DNA from: an uncultured Candidatus Saccharibacteria bacterium | Lineage (GTDB): Bacteria > Patescibacteriota > Doudnabacteria > UBA920 | Reading direction: 5' to 3' | Assembly (NCBI GenBank): GCA_964561365.1 | Contig: CAZLPF010000002.1 | Coordinates: forward strand, 10,068 to 74,067 | DNA length: 64,000 bases | Shown: positions 56,212-64,000 of the stretch, one piece after another | Layout: every line of letters starts with the position of its first letter | How positions within the stretch are numbered: position 1 is the stretch's first letter | The notes under the pieces: generated by a model | What the model was told of the DNA's origin: nothing | Seen by the model: only the letters and a program-made list of their open reading frames with translations | Database searches by the model: none | Position numbers and translations under genes: made by a program

Positions 56212-57309
56212 ATGGAAAACAACATGGACGACATACAGGCTCCACGGCCCAGCGGCGTGACGTTCGAGCCCCTCGGCGCCCCCATTCCGGTGCCGCCGTT
56301 TCAGCCTGCCCAGCGCGCCCTGCCGCCGGACGACCCGTTCAGCCGCATTACCGGCATTCCGTCGCCGGCGTTCAACCAAATCGCGAGCGGCGCGCAGCCA
56401 CACGCCGTGCCTGCTTCCGCGCCTGCCCCAAAACCCCCACAAACCACGCCCTCTTTCGTGTCCCCCTCGCCTTCGGCCGATCGGATTTCCTATGCCGACG
56501 CGAAAATCCAAGAGGTTGAAATAACCTCAATAGTCCCGAACCCCTACCAGCCGCGGAAAGTTTTCGATCCCCAGGCGCTCCGCGAGCTCGCCGACTCCAT
56601 AGCCGAGCACGGCGTCATTCAGCCGCTCGTGGTGACGCGAACGCCGTCGGGCTACGAAATCGTCGTCGGCGAGCGCCGCTTCCGCGCGAGCCAGCTCGCC
56701 GGTCTCTCGCGCGTGCCGGTCATCGTCAAGAACCAGCTCGAGGACATTACCAAACTCGAGGTCGCGCTCATTGAGAACATCCAGCGCCAGGAGCTGAACC
56801 CCATAGAAGAGGCGCAGGCCTACGACCGGCTCATGAAGACCTTCAAGCTCACCCAGGAGCAGGTGGCCAAGAAGGTCGGCAAGGCGCGGCCGTCGGTCGC
56901 CAACACCATCCGGCTCTTGAATCTCCCGGCGGAAATCCAGCGCGGGCTCGTGGAGGGGAAAATTTCCGAGGGCCACGCCCGCGCCATTTTAGGCCTCGTG
57001 GACCGTGAGAAGATGCTCGCCATGTACCAGCAGGTGCTCGACAGCGGCTGGAACGTGCGCCAGGTGGAGCTGAAGGTCCGCGAAATTTCCGAGCGCCGCC
57101 GCGTGGACGCCGCCGCCCCGGACCCCAAACTCATGGCCCTCGAGGGCGAGCTCCGCACCAAGCTCGGTACGCAGGTGAAAATTCAGCGGCAGGGGCGGGG
57201 CGGGAAAATTACCATTGAGTTCTTTTCGGAAGATGAGCTCGCGGACATTGTGGGCCGCATGGCCGAGCACCCGAGCGACGCCCCAGACGCCGGCTACATC
57301 GCCGTGTAG
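56212..57309 (+). CDS. parB: ParB/Spo0J family partition protein (Pro-rich N-terminal extension)
   Basis: ParB box GERRFRA, HTH KLTQEQVAKKVGKARPSVANTIRLL; no parA in window. Confidence 0.8.
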   Translation: MENNMDDIQAPRPSGVTFEPLGAPIPVPPFQPAQRALPPDDPFSRITGIPSPAFNQIASGAQPHAVPASAPAPKPPQTTPSFVSPSPSADRISYADAKIQEVEITSIVPNPYQPRKVFDPQALRELADSIAEHGVIQPLVVTRTPSGYEIVVGERRFRASQLAGLSRVPVIVKNQLEDITKLEVALIENIQRQELNPIEEAQAYDRLMKTFKLTQEQVAKKVGKARPSVANTIRLLNLPAEIQRGLVEGKISEGHARAILGLVDREKMLAMYQQVLDSGWNVRQVELKVREISERRRVDAAAPDPKLMALEGELRTKLGTQVKIQRQGRGGKITIEFFSEDELADIVGRMAEHPSDAPDAGYIAV

Positions 57310-57406
57310 CTGAGCCTTGCGGCCGGCTACCTCGGCCGCTATACTCACCGCGTGAAAGCTGTGCACCGTGCACAGCTTTTCAATTTCCGAAGGGGGAAGC
57401 AGATAC

Positions 57407-58795
57407 ATGCAACAGCCAATTGCTCTTTTTGACCTAGTCGGCGCGCTTGATTTCCGAGCGCTCCGAAAGGATCCGGGAGTCCGAAAGTTTTTGAGCGAGC
57501 GGACATTCGTCGCCGACAAAGCCAGGGTTGAGCTCGCTCTCGTAACCACCTACGCGAACTACCGCCTGTGCGATCCCGAGGTTGTTGAACGCGTTGCCGC
57601 AGCGTGCGCCGCCGTTACGGCGGAAGAAGTTTACGAGCAAGAAGATGAAATTCGCCACGACATCCGCGCGCTCGTGCAGTGCATTAAGCGCTCGCTCGCG
57701 AACAATTCCGACCACACCATTGTGCACCGCGGGGCGACGTCGTACGATATCATCGATACGGCGTACGCGCTCATGTTCCGCCGGGCCGTCCGCGAGCTGC
57801 TCATCACGCGCCTCAAGGGGATTGCCGCCCGGCTCATGGTCATGGCGCTCGCGCACGCCGAAACGGTACAGGTAGGACGGACCCACCGCGTCCACGCGGT
57901 GCCGATTACCGTCGGACACTGGCTCGCGGGTTTCGTGAGTCGGCTCGGGAACTGCATTGAAAACCTCGACCGGCTCGCCGGTGAACTGCGGGGGAAGTTC
58001 AGTGGCGCGGTTGGCGTGTACAGCGCGACCTCGCTCTTCGTTCCTGACCCTCGGCAGTTTGAGCGAGACGTGCTCACCCAGCTCGGCATGGAACCGCACG
58101 AGCACTCAACCCAGATTGCTCCACCCGAACGCGTGGCCCGCCTATTGTTTGAGGTCAACCTGTGCCTCGGGGTCCTCGCCGACCTCGCCGAAGACGTCTG
58201 CCAGCTCCACCGGCCCGAGATCGGTGAAATCCGCCTGAAGCCTTCCGGAGCATCTTCGTCGGCCATGGTCGGTAAGGAGAACCCGGAGGGTTTCGAGAAT
58301 GTCGTCGGTACGTGGAAGCTCACGCTCGGGTCCATGGTCGGGGTGCTCGTGAATCTCGTGTCGAACCACCAGCGGGATCTGTCGAACTCGATCGGCATGA
58401 GAACCTACTCGCAAACCATTGCCTGGGCGGCGTACCAGGCCGCCAGGTTAGACCGTGAGCTTGATTCGGTCATCGTCGTGCCCGAGCGGCTCGCGCAGAA
58501 CCTTCATCTCACCGGCCACTACACGCTCGGCGAAGCGCTCTGGAACTCGCTCGCCGCGCACGGCCACCCCGACGCGTACAATGCGGTCAAGCCGCTCGTG
58601 GTGAAGGCCAAACAAACCGGAACGCCCCTGTGGCAGCTCGCCGAAGCCGATGGCGCACTTGCTCCCTACCTGGCGCAGTTCACCGAAAAGCAGCGAGCGG
58701 CGATACGGAACCACGCCGACTACCTCGGCGAGGCCGTGGGTGTAACTCAGCAGGTTTGCAATCGTTGGCAGGAACGGCTCGGTCTGACGGCCTAG
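57407..58795 (+). CDS. Adenylosuccinate-lyase-like protein (fumarate lyase superfamily) with divergent signature loop
   Basis: Lyase_1 fold; signature GASSSAMVGKENP instead of canonical SSxMPxKxNP. Confidence 0.65.
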   Translation: MQQPIALFDLVGALDFRALRKDPGVRKFLSERTFVADKARVELALVTTYANYRLCDPEVVERVAAACAAVTAEEVYEQEDEIRHDIRALVQCIKRSLANNSDHTIVHRGATSYDIIDTAYALMFRRAVRELLITRLKGIAARLMVMALAHAETVQVGRTHRVHAVPITVGHWLAGFVSRLGNCIENLDRLAGELRGKFSGAVGVYSATSLFVPDPRQFERDVLTQLGMEPHEHSTQIAPPERVARLLFEVNLCLGVLADLAEDVCQLHRPEIGEIRLKPSGASSSAMVGKENPEGFENVVGTWKLTLGSMVGVLVNLVSNHQRDLSNSIGMRTYSQTIAWAAYQAARLDRELDSVIVVPERLAQNLHLTGHYTLGEALWNSLAAHGHPDAYNAVKPLVVKAKQTGTPLWQLAEADGALAPYLAQFTEKQRAAIRNHADYLGEAVGVTQQVCNRWQERLGLTA

Positions 58796-58872
58796 CGAGC
58801 ACTCGCTCTGAACACAAATCCGGGCCCGGCGGCGACCACCGTCCGGGCCCTTACCTTTTGTGGATTGCTTAC

Positions 58873-58901
58873 TTGATCGGTCCCTTGCGGCCTGCTATAT
58901 T
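58873..58901 (+). promoter_or_regulatory. Consensus sigma70 promoter TTGATC-17-TATATT
   Basis: Drives about 140-nt unit ending at terminator 59018-59052. Confidence 0.55.
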
Positions 58902-58910
58902 CACTTGGCA

Positions 58911-58997
58911 ATGTTAAAGCAACTCAACAGCAGCGTTCGCGTCAACGGTACGGTCGTTATTTCGATCGTCAGCGTTCTGCGTACGCGCTGGGCTTGA
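58911..58997 (+). CDS. Candidate 28-aa hydrophobic peptide (MLKQLNSSVRVNGTVVISIVSVLRTRWA) or small RNA
   Basis: Only ORF inside the promoter-terminator unit; leaderless position; coding status unproven. Confidence 0.3.
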   Translation: MLKQLNSSVRVNGTVVISIVSVLRTRWA

Positions 58998-59017
58998 GCA
59001 CTCGGTAAGAACTTCTA

Positions 59018-59052
59018 CCGCCTGCCCCGCGTCGGGGCAGGCGGTTTGTTTT
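59018..59052 (+). terminator. Rho-independent terminator CCGCCTGCCCC-GCGTC-GGGGCAGGCGG TTTGTTTT
   Basis: 11-bp GC stem plus U-tract. Confidence 0.75.
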
Positions 59053-59134
59053 AGGCCCCCGGTTGAAGCGAAACCATTCGCTCCTGCCGGGGTCCGGGAA
59101 ACGGACCCACTACAGCATCCGGGAGGAAACTTTT

Positions 59135-59341
59135 ATGGATATGGGACGGCCGAGCATCAGCTGGCTCAGGCAGCAGGTATTGAGCGCCGAGCGCGAGCTC
59201 GCAGGAATGAAAGACGGCAAAGAGCGCCGTCAGCTCGTCGGGAAGCGCGATCGGCTCAAGCGAACGATTAACTTGCGTTTGGAAGAAGAAGGTCTTCCTC
59301 GGAAGAGGTCGGCGTCGTTCATGGAGGCAATAGCATGCTAG
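59135..59341 (+). CDS. Small coiled-coil hypothetical protein
   Basis: ATG 8 nt after GGGAGG. Confidence 0.35.
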   Translation: MDMGRPSISWLRQQVLSAERELAGMKDGKERRQLVGKRDRLKRTINLRLEEEGLPRKRSASFMEAIAC

Positions 59342-59449
59342 CCGCTTCCACCCGCGTCCAACCTTCGGTAACCCACGGCACAGTGCCGTGGGTTCCATTT
59401 TTTATGCATTTTCGGTATACTCTTCAGGCGAAAGTCGTTCCCGCGTGAA

Positions 59450-59523
59450 CGGGCTGTAGTATACCGGTAGTACGCATGCATGGGGTGCATGTAGACCGGG
59501 TTCAATTCCCGGCAGCCCGACCA
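59450..59523 (+). tRNA. tRNA-Pro (anticodon GGG)
   Basis: C1-G72 pair typical of tRNA-Pro, anticodon stem CATGC/GCATG, loop ATGGGGT, T-loop TTCAATT, CCA encoded; TATACT -10 at 59416-59421. Confidence 0.85.
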
Positions 59524-59540
59524 CGCGTGAAGGAACTAGC

Positions 59541-60044
59541 ATGGCCGAAATAAAAAAACGTCGAAAATCAAAACTGTCCACAGCTGCTAAAAAACCTCCG
59601 GGGTGGCTGTCTGACCGCGAGTACCTCCGGATTTTTTCCCGCGTGCCGCGCCTGTGCGTTGACCTGGCCATTTTGGGACCCGGCGGGCTGCTGCTGGGCT
59701 GGCGCAGCCACGACCCGAGCCCGAACACCTGGAACCTTCCCGGTGGCCGCGTCCGCTTCCGGGAAACCGTAACGAAAGCGGCCCAGCGGATTGCCCGAAC
59801 CGAGCTCGGCGTCGGGCTGCGGGGGATTCGCGTGCTCGGCGTCATGGAGTTTTTAAACGAGGTGGACCGCGGGACGCCGATTCACTCCGTGAGCGTCGTT
59901 GTTTCAGCGTCGCTCGCCGGCAAACTGAAGCCGAACGGCCGCACCGCCCGGTTTCGGCACGTGCCCCGTTCGTTCTACCCGGTGCACCGCCGGTTCGCGC
60001 TCGTGCATGGCCTCATCCGTCCCGGTCCGCATTCGGCCCGCTGA
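59541..60044 (+). CDS. NUDIX-fold protein with degenerate Nudix box
   Basis: PGGRVRFRETVTKAAQRIARTELGV: Gx5E and R..E..G retained but REUxEE reduced to RIARTE. Confidence 0.55.
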   Translation: MAEIKKRRKSKLSTAAKKPPGWLSDREYLRIFSRVPRLCVDLAILGPGGLLLGWRSHDPSPNTWNLPGGRVRFRETVTKAAQRIARTELGVGLRGIRVLGVMEFLNEVDRGTPIHSVSVVVSASLAGKLKPNGRTARFRHVPRSFYPVHRRFALVHGLIRPGPHSAR

Positions 60045-60046
60045 AA

Positions 60047-60055
60047 GGGTATACT
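60047..60055 (+). promoter_or_regulatory. Extended -10-like GGGTATACT upstream of DUF1761 gene
   Basis: Motif family. Confidence 0.35.
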
Positions 60056-60085
60056 AGGGTACACTAATTCCGAACCCGAAAGGGG

Positions 60086-60517
60086 GTGTACATTTTGGAA
60101 TACAGCATCAATTACCTCGCGGTGCTCGTGGCCGGCATAGTCGCCGGCATGGGCGTGGGCATGCTCTGGTACGGCCCACTGTTCGGCAAGCCGTGGTCTT
60201 TAGAAATGGGCTGGGGCGGCATGACCCCCGAGCAGATCAAGGCCAAGCAGAAGGCGGCCATGCCCGGCTACCTCGTGAGCCTCGTGCTGAACCTCGTTAC
60301 CGCATTCGTGTTCCTCCACGTGCTCCAGGCGTTTAAGGCCGGGAGCGTCGGCGCGGCGCTCCAGGGCGCGGCATGGATGTGGCTCGGTTTTCAGTTCCCG
60401 CTCCACGTTGGCAAGAAGCTCTGGATGGACAAGAGCTGGAAGCTCGTCGCCATTGACGCGGGCTACAGTTTGGTAAGCCTCGCCGTTATGGCTGCCATCC
60501 TCGTACTCTGGAAGTAG
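60086..60517 (+). CDS. DUF1761-like small membrane protein
   Basis: 143 aa, 4 TM helices. Confidence 0.5.
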   Translation: MYILEYSINYLAVLVAGIVAGMGVGMLWYGPLFGKPWSLEMGWGGMTPEQIKAKQKAAMPGYLVSLVLNLVTAFVFLHVLQAFKAGSVGAALQGAAWMWLGFQFPLHVGKKLWMDKSWKLVAIDAGYSLVSLAVMAAILVLWK

Positions 60518-60626
60518 CCTATACGCAGCCTATGTTTTTGCACTCAGCCCCCTTCCTTACCTTCGGTTGGGGGCTGAGTGGTTTTTAGCCTGGACGGTCA
60601 AATAAAATTTCGCTAAAGTACCGCGT

Positions 60627-61907
60627 ATGAAGGCAACCTCAGTTCGGGTTGGATTTTTTTTAGCGACCCGCCAAATCCGCCGGGCGAGCGTCTGGACGAA
60701 CGGGCTCATCGTGTTCGTCATGACCCTGACGTTCCTGAACCTCGTGGTGGTCAACGGCGTGCTCGTCGGGCTCCTCACGGGCTCGTACAAGCAGTTCAAC
60801 GAGCGCTACTCGGGCGACGTGCTCGTCACCGCCCAAGACCGCCTCTCGAGCATTGACCGCAGCCCCCAGATTGAGCAGCTCGCCCGCTCCCTGCCGGGCG
60901 TGCACGCGGTTTCGGCGCGCATCGCCGTCAGCGGCCGCATCCGCGCCGACCTCGACCAGAACCCGAAAGGCAAGGAAGCGCCGAACGAGAACGGCGGTTC
61001 CATAGTCGGCATTAACCCCGAGGACGAAGAGGCGGTTACCGGTTTGTCAGACCTCGCCATTGAGGGCTCGTCGCTCAAACGCGGCGACAGCGGCGGAATT
61101 TTGATAGGCGCGAGCCTGATAAAAGAGTACTCGAATTTCGCGGACGCGAACTTTCCCGGATTCACCATCCTCCGCGGGGTGAAGGTCGGCGACAAAGTCC
61201 GCGTGACGCTCGCGGTACAGCAGCTCGGCCGCACCGTGAACGTTTCGGAAGACCTCACCGTCAAGGGCATCATCAAGAGCAAGGTCGACCAGGTCTCGCA
61301 GCGCTCGTTCATGCTTTCGAGCGAAGTCCGCAAACTCACCGGCAACACCGACCTGAGCGTCCAGGAAATTGCCATCCGCGCCGATCCCGCGCGCGTACCC
61401 GAGGTTGTCGACGCGCTCCGCCGCAGCTCGGACCCGCTCAAGGTCCGCGTCCAGCCTTCGATTGAGGCCATTCCGTCGTTCCTCCGCGACATTGAGCAGA
61501 CGTTCGGGGTCTTGGGCAACGTCATTGGCAGCATCGCGCTCGTCGTGGCGTCGATCACCATCTTCATTGTAATCTTCATCAACGCGGTAACGCGGCGGAA
61601 GTACATCGGCATCTTAAAGGGCATCGGCGTCAAAGCCGCGGCGCTCCAGTGGGCCTACGTTTTCCAGGCGCTGTTCTACGGGCTGCTCGGTACGGGCATC
61701 GGCAGCCTCGTGGTCTTCCTCTTGCTCCGGCCCGCCCTGGACGCCCACCCGCTCGACTTTCCCTTCAGTGACGGCATCCTCGCGGTCACCGGTCTCGGGG
61801 CCCTGGGCCGCGCCGGCATCCTCCTGCTCATTACGGTCATTGCCGGTTTTCTGCCGGCGCGGATGATCGTTCGCAAGAACACCCTCGACTCAATTTTGGG
61901 ACGCTAG
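60627..61907 (+). CDS. ABC transporter permease, FtsX/MacB-like
   Basis: N-terminal TM, large periplasmic domain, C-terminal FtsX 3-TM bundle; coupled to ATPase gene. Confidence 0.8.
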   Translation: MKATSVRVGFFLATRQIRRASVWTNGLIVFVMTLTFLNLVVVNGVLVGLLTGSYKQFNERYSGDVLVTAQDRLSSIDRSPQIEQLARSLPGVHAVSARIAVSGRIRADLDQNPKGKEAPNENGGSIVGINPEDEEAVTGLSDLAIEGSSLKRGDSGGILIGASLIKEYSNFADANFPGFTILRGVKVGDKVRVTLAVQQLGRTVNVSEDLTVKGIIKSKVDQVSQRSFMLSSEVRKLTGNTDLSVQEIAIRADPARVPEVVDALRRSSDPLKVRVQPSIEAIPSFLRDIEQTFGVLGNVIGSIALVVASITIFIVIFINAVTRRKYIGILKGIGVKAAALQWAYVFQALFYGLLGTGIGSLVVFLLLRPALDAHPLDFPFSDGILAVTGLGALGRAGILLLITVIAGFLPARMIVRKNTLDSILGR

Positions 61908-61909
61908 CC

Positions 61910-62584
61910 ATGATTACCACGAAGCAGCTCAAGAAAAGTTTCGGCAGCGGCGACCTCGTGACCGAGGTGCTCCGCGGCATTGACCTGGAAATTCCGGCCG
62001 GCCAGTTCACCGCCATTGTCGGGCCGTCGGGCGCGGGCAAGTCCACGCTGCTCTACCAGCTCAGCCTGCTCGACCACCCGACCTCCGGCGACCTGCGCAT
62101 CGACGGCATGGACGCGCTCGGCCTGTCGAGCGACGAGCGTACCGCCTTCCGCCTCACGCACCTCGGCTACGTCTTCCAAGACTACGCGCTCGTGCCAGAA
62201 TTGACCGCGGCCGAAAACGTCATGGTCCCCATGCTCATGCAGGGGCTCAGCGGCAGCAGCGCGTTCGACGTAGCCGAAGCCGCGCTCGAGCGCGTCGGCC
62301 TCACCGGCAAGGGTCGGCAGCTCCCGAGCCAGCTCTCCGGCGGCCAGCAGCAGCGCGTGTCCATTGCCCGCGCCGTGGCCCACAACCCGAAAATTTTGTT
62401 CGCCGACGAGCCGACCGCGAACCTGGACTCGGCGACCTCGCGGGAAATATTAAAACTGTTTTTGGAGCTCCACGGGTCCGGCCAAACCATTGTCATGGTT
62501 ACCCACGAGCCGGAGTTCGCCCGCATGAGCCAGCGCGTCGTAGAGCTCGCCGACGGCCGAATTACCGGCGATCATAAGCCGTAG
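61910..62584 (+). CDS. ABC transporter ATP-binding protein (MacB/LolD-like)
   Basis: Walker A GPSGAGKST, signature LSGGQQQRVSIARA, Walker B ILFADEPT. Confidence 0.9.
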   Translation: MITTKQLKKSFGSGDLVTEVLRGIDLEIPAGQFTAIVGPSGAGKSTLLYQLSLLDHPTSGDLRIDGMDALGLSSDERTAFRLTHLGYVFQDYALVPELTAAENVMVPMLMQGLSGSSAFDVAEAALERVGLTGKGRQLPSQLSGGQQQRVSIARAVAHNPKILFADEPTANLDSATSREILKLFLELHGSGQTIVMVTHEPEFARMSQRVVELADGRITGDHKP

Positions 62585-62680
62585 CGTTTTATCCACACCC
62601 CCACTTCCGCGCCCGCCCGCGGAGCGCTATAGTTGATTCGGAACGCACAACGTAACCTAAACGTAACGAAAGGGACCCCC

Positions 62681-63097
62681 ATGGCAAAAAAGTTCGCCAT
62701 GCTGTTCGGGATCGTGTTCGTAATCGTCGGCATCCTCGGTTTCATTAAAAATCCCATTGTGGGCGCGGGTGGATACTTTGAGACCGACCTGCTCCACAAC
62801 CTTGTGCACCTCGTCATCGGCGTGCTCCTGCTCTACGGCCAGGGCAAGGGTGAGGCCCAAGCCGCGACCTTCCTGAAGGTCGTCGGTATCATCTACCTTC
62901 TCCTCGCCGTGCTCGGTTTCCTCATGCCGGGCGGCAAGCTCATTGGCCTCGTGGCCGTGAACATGGCCGACCACTGGCTCCACCTGGTCCTCGGCGTGAT
63001 CATTACCGCGATCGGTTTTTCCGCCAAGGGCTCAAGCATGGGCAGCGGCATGGGTACCGGTATGGGCGGCGGAATGCCGCCGGCGCCCCAGGCCTAA
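62681..63097 (+). CDS. DUF4383-like membrane protein with Gly/Met-rich tail
   Basis: Start at MAKKFAMLFG after GAAAGGGA SD. Confidence 0.5.
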   Translation: MAKKFAMLFGIVFVIVGILGFIKNPIVGAGGYFETDLLHNLVHLVIGVLLLYGQGKGEAQAATFLKVVGIIYLLLAVLGFLMPGGKLIGLVAVNMADHWLHLVLGVIITAIGFSAKGSSMGSGMGTGMGGGMPPAPQA

Positions 63098-63108
63098 CCG
63101 TTTCAAAA

Positions 63109-63140
63109 AATCCCGCCCGCGTTCCGGGGCGGGATTTTCG
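63109..63140 (+). terminator. Rho-independent terminator AATCCCGCCC-GCGTTCCG-GGGCGGGATTTT
   Basis: 10-bp stem plus T-tract after DUF4383 gene. Confidence 0.75.
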
Positions 63141-63159
63141 TTTCCTGGTAAAATGAGGC

Positions 63160-64000
63160 GTGAACTCGGCAACGAAAAAAGTCATCGTTCTGCTCCTCGT
63201 ACTGGCGTGCGCAGCCGCGCTCGCGGTCGTGTGGCAGCGGTCAGGGCGCCCGGCGGGCGACCGCGGCCCTATTCCGGTACCCGAAGCGCCGACGGCCCCG
63301 GGCATTTCTGGCATTTTAGTCGACCCTGAAGTTGCCACCCGGCGGCCGCTCGCCGTGGTGGTGGAGAACCACCCCGACAGCCGGCCGCAGGACGGCCTTT
63401 CGTCTGCCGACGTCGTCTACGAATTCTTGGCCGAGGGCGGCATAACCCGGTTCCTCGCGCTCTACCAGTCCAGCGATCCGGAAATTGTCGGCCCGGTACG
63501 TTCGGCGCGCAGCTACATAGCCGAACTGGGGGATAGCTGGGGCGCGGTGTTCGCGCACGTCGGCGGCAGCGACCAGGTCATTGCGGCGCTGAAAGCGGGG
63601 GAGTACCAGAACCTGCTGGACCTCAACGAATACTCGCACGAGCAGCAGTTCGCGCGGGTCAGTTTCCGCGGGCCGCCGCACAACGTTTACACCTCGGGCG
63701 AACGGCTCCGGGCCTGGGCCGGCGAGGCGTCGTCCACCCCGTGGCAGGCGCGCGCGCCGTGGGTGTTCTCTGGAGCCCCCGCCGCGAGCGACTCTCCGGC
63801 GTCGGTCATCGCGGTCAATTTTTCTCGTCCCGGCTACGACGTCCAGTTCGAGTACGACGCCGTGGCGAATACCTACCGCCGGCTCTTGGGCGGCCGGCGG
63901 CACGTTGAGCGCGCGGAGGGCGCAGCGGTAGCCCCGAGCACCGTCGTCGTCCAGCTCGTGGACGTTACCCCGGTGCCCGACGATCCGCTCCTCCACGTTA
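63160..64000 (+). CDS. DUF3048 family lipoprotein (YerB-like), 3' end outside window
   Basis: GTG start, lipobox LLVLAC; LAVVVENHPDSRPQDGLSSADVVYEFLAEGGITRFLALY...GPVRSARSY signature; not in ORF track because no stop before window end. Confidence 0.65.
   Translation, partial: MNSATKKVIVLLLVLACAAALAVVWQRSGRPAGDRGPIPVPEAPTAPGISGILVDPEVATRRPLAVVVENHPDSRPQDGLSSADVVYEFLAEGGITRFLALYQSSDPEIVGPVRSARSYIAELGDSWGAVFAHVGGSDQVIAALKAGEYQNLLDLNEYSHEQQFARVSFRGPPHNVYTSGERLRAWAGEASSTPWQARAPWVFSGAPAASDSPASVIAVNFSRPGYDVQFEYDAVANTYRRLLGGRRHVERAEGAAVAPSTVVVQLVDVTPVPDDPLLHV

Overview
This is a 64-kb, high-GC (~65%) bacterial chromosomal window, tightly packed with about 75 protein genes, 8 tRNA genes and no rRNA. 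Small-genome features (no pilQ, eukaryote-type dimeric GlyRS, short-form 6PGDH, XerD-like recombinase with a C-terminal insertion, domain-decorated tRNA synthetase) suggest an uncultivated Patescibacteria/CPR-like lineage, but this is inference only.

Gene content in order:
- Type IV pilus cluster (1..4538): pilB 3' end, pilC, pilM, pilN, pilO and a small membrane protein.
- tRNA-Arg(TCG) and tRNA-Lys(CTT), followed by a cluster of structured hairpin repeats.
- holA-like gene, a secreted repetitive protein, typA, an AI-2E transporter, a P-type ATPase, zwf, cfa, an MGMT-like gene, short gnd, a cyclase, tRNA-His and a membrane-anchored Mrr-type nuclease.
- A minus-strand operon (rluB, C39-like peptidase, low-GC membrane protein, M23 peptidase).
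- Two tRNA-Arg modules with more hairpin repeats, next to an AT-rich, lower-GC segment carrying a tyrosine recombinase, a zinc-ribbon protein, an ATP-grasp enzyme and three hypothetical genes.
- rpsO-pnp, tgt, a DinB-like gene, glyQS, an M16 peptidase, a mini Phd-like antitoxin, nfo, gpsA, a second AI-2E gene, metG and tatD.
- A 1164-aa leuS carrying an intact NUDIX domain and an intact alpha/beta serine-hydrolase domain inserted into the synthetase core.
- tsaC, an MFS transporter, glyA, uppP, tRNA-Leu, parB, a purB-like lyase, a tiny promoter-peptide-terminator unit, tRNA-Pro, a Nudix-like protein, an FtsX/ABC pair, and DUF1761, DUF4383 and DUF3048 (partial) proteins.

Other observations: promoters are mostly of the extended -10 TGGTATACT type, often 6-8 nt from the start codon (leaderless). 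A repeated AT-rich palindromic motif occurs twice. All identifications rest on motif recognition by eye; no database search was run.
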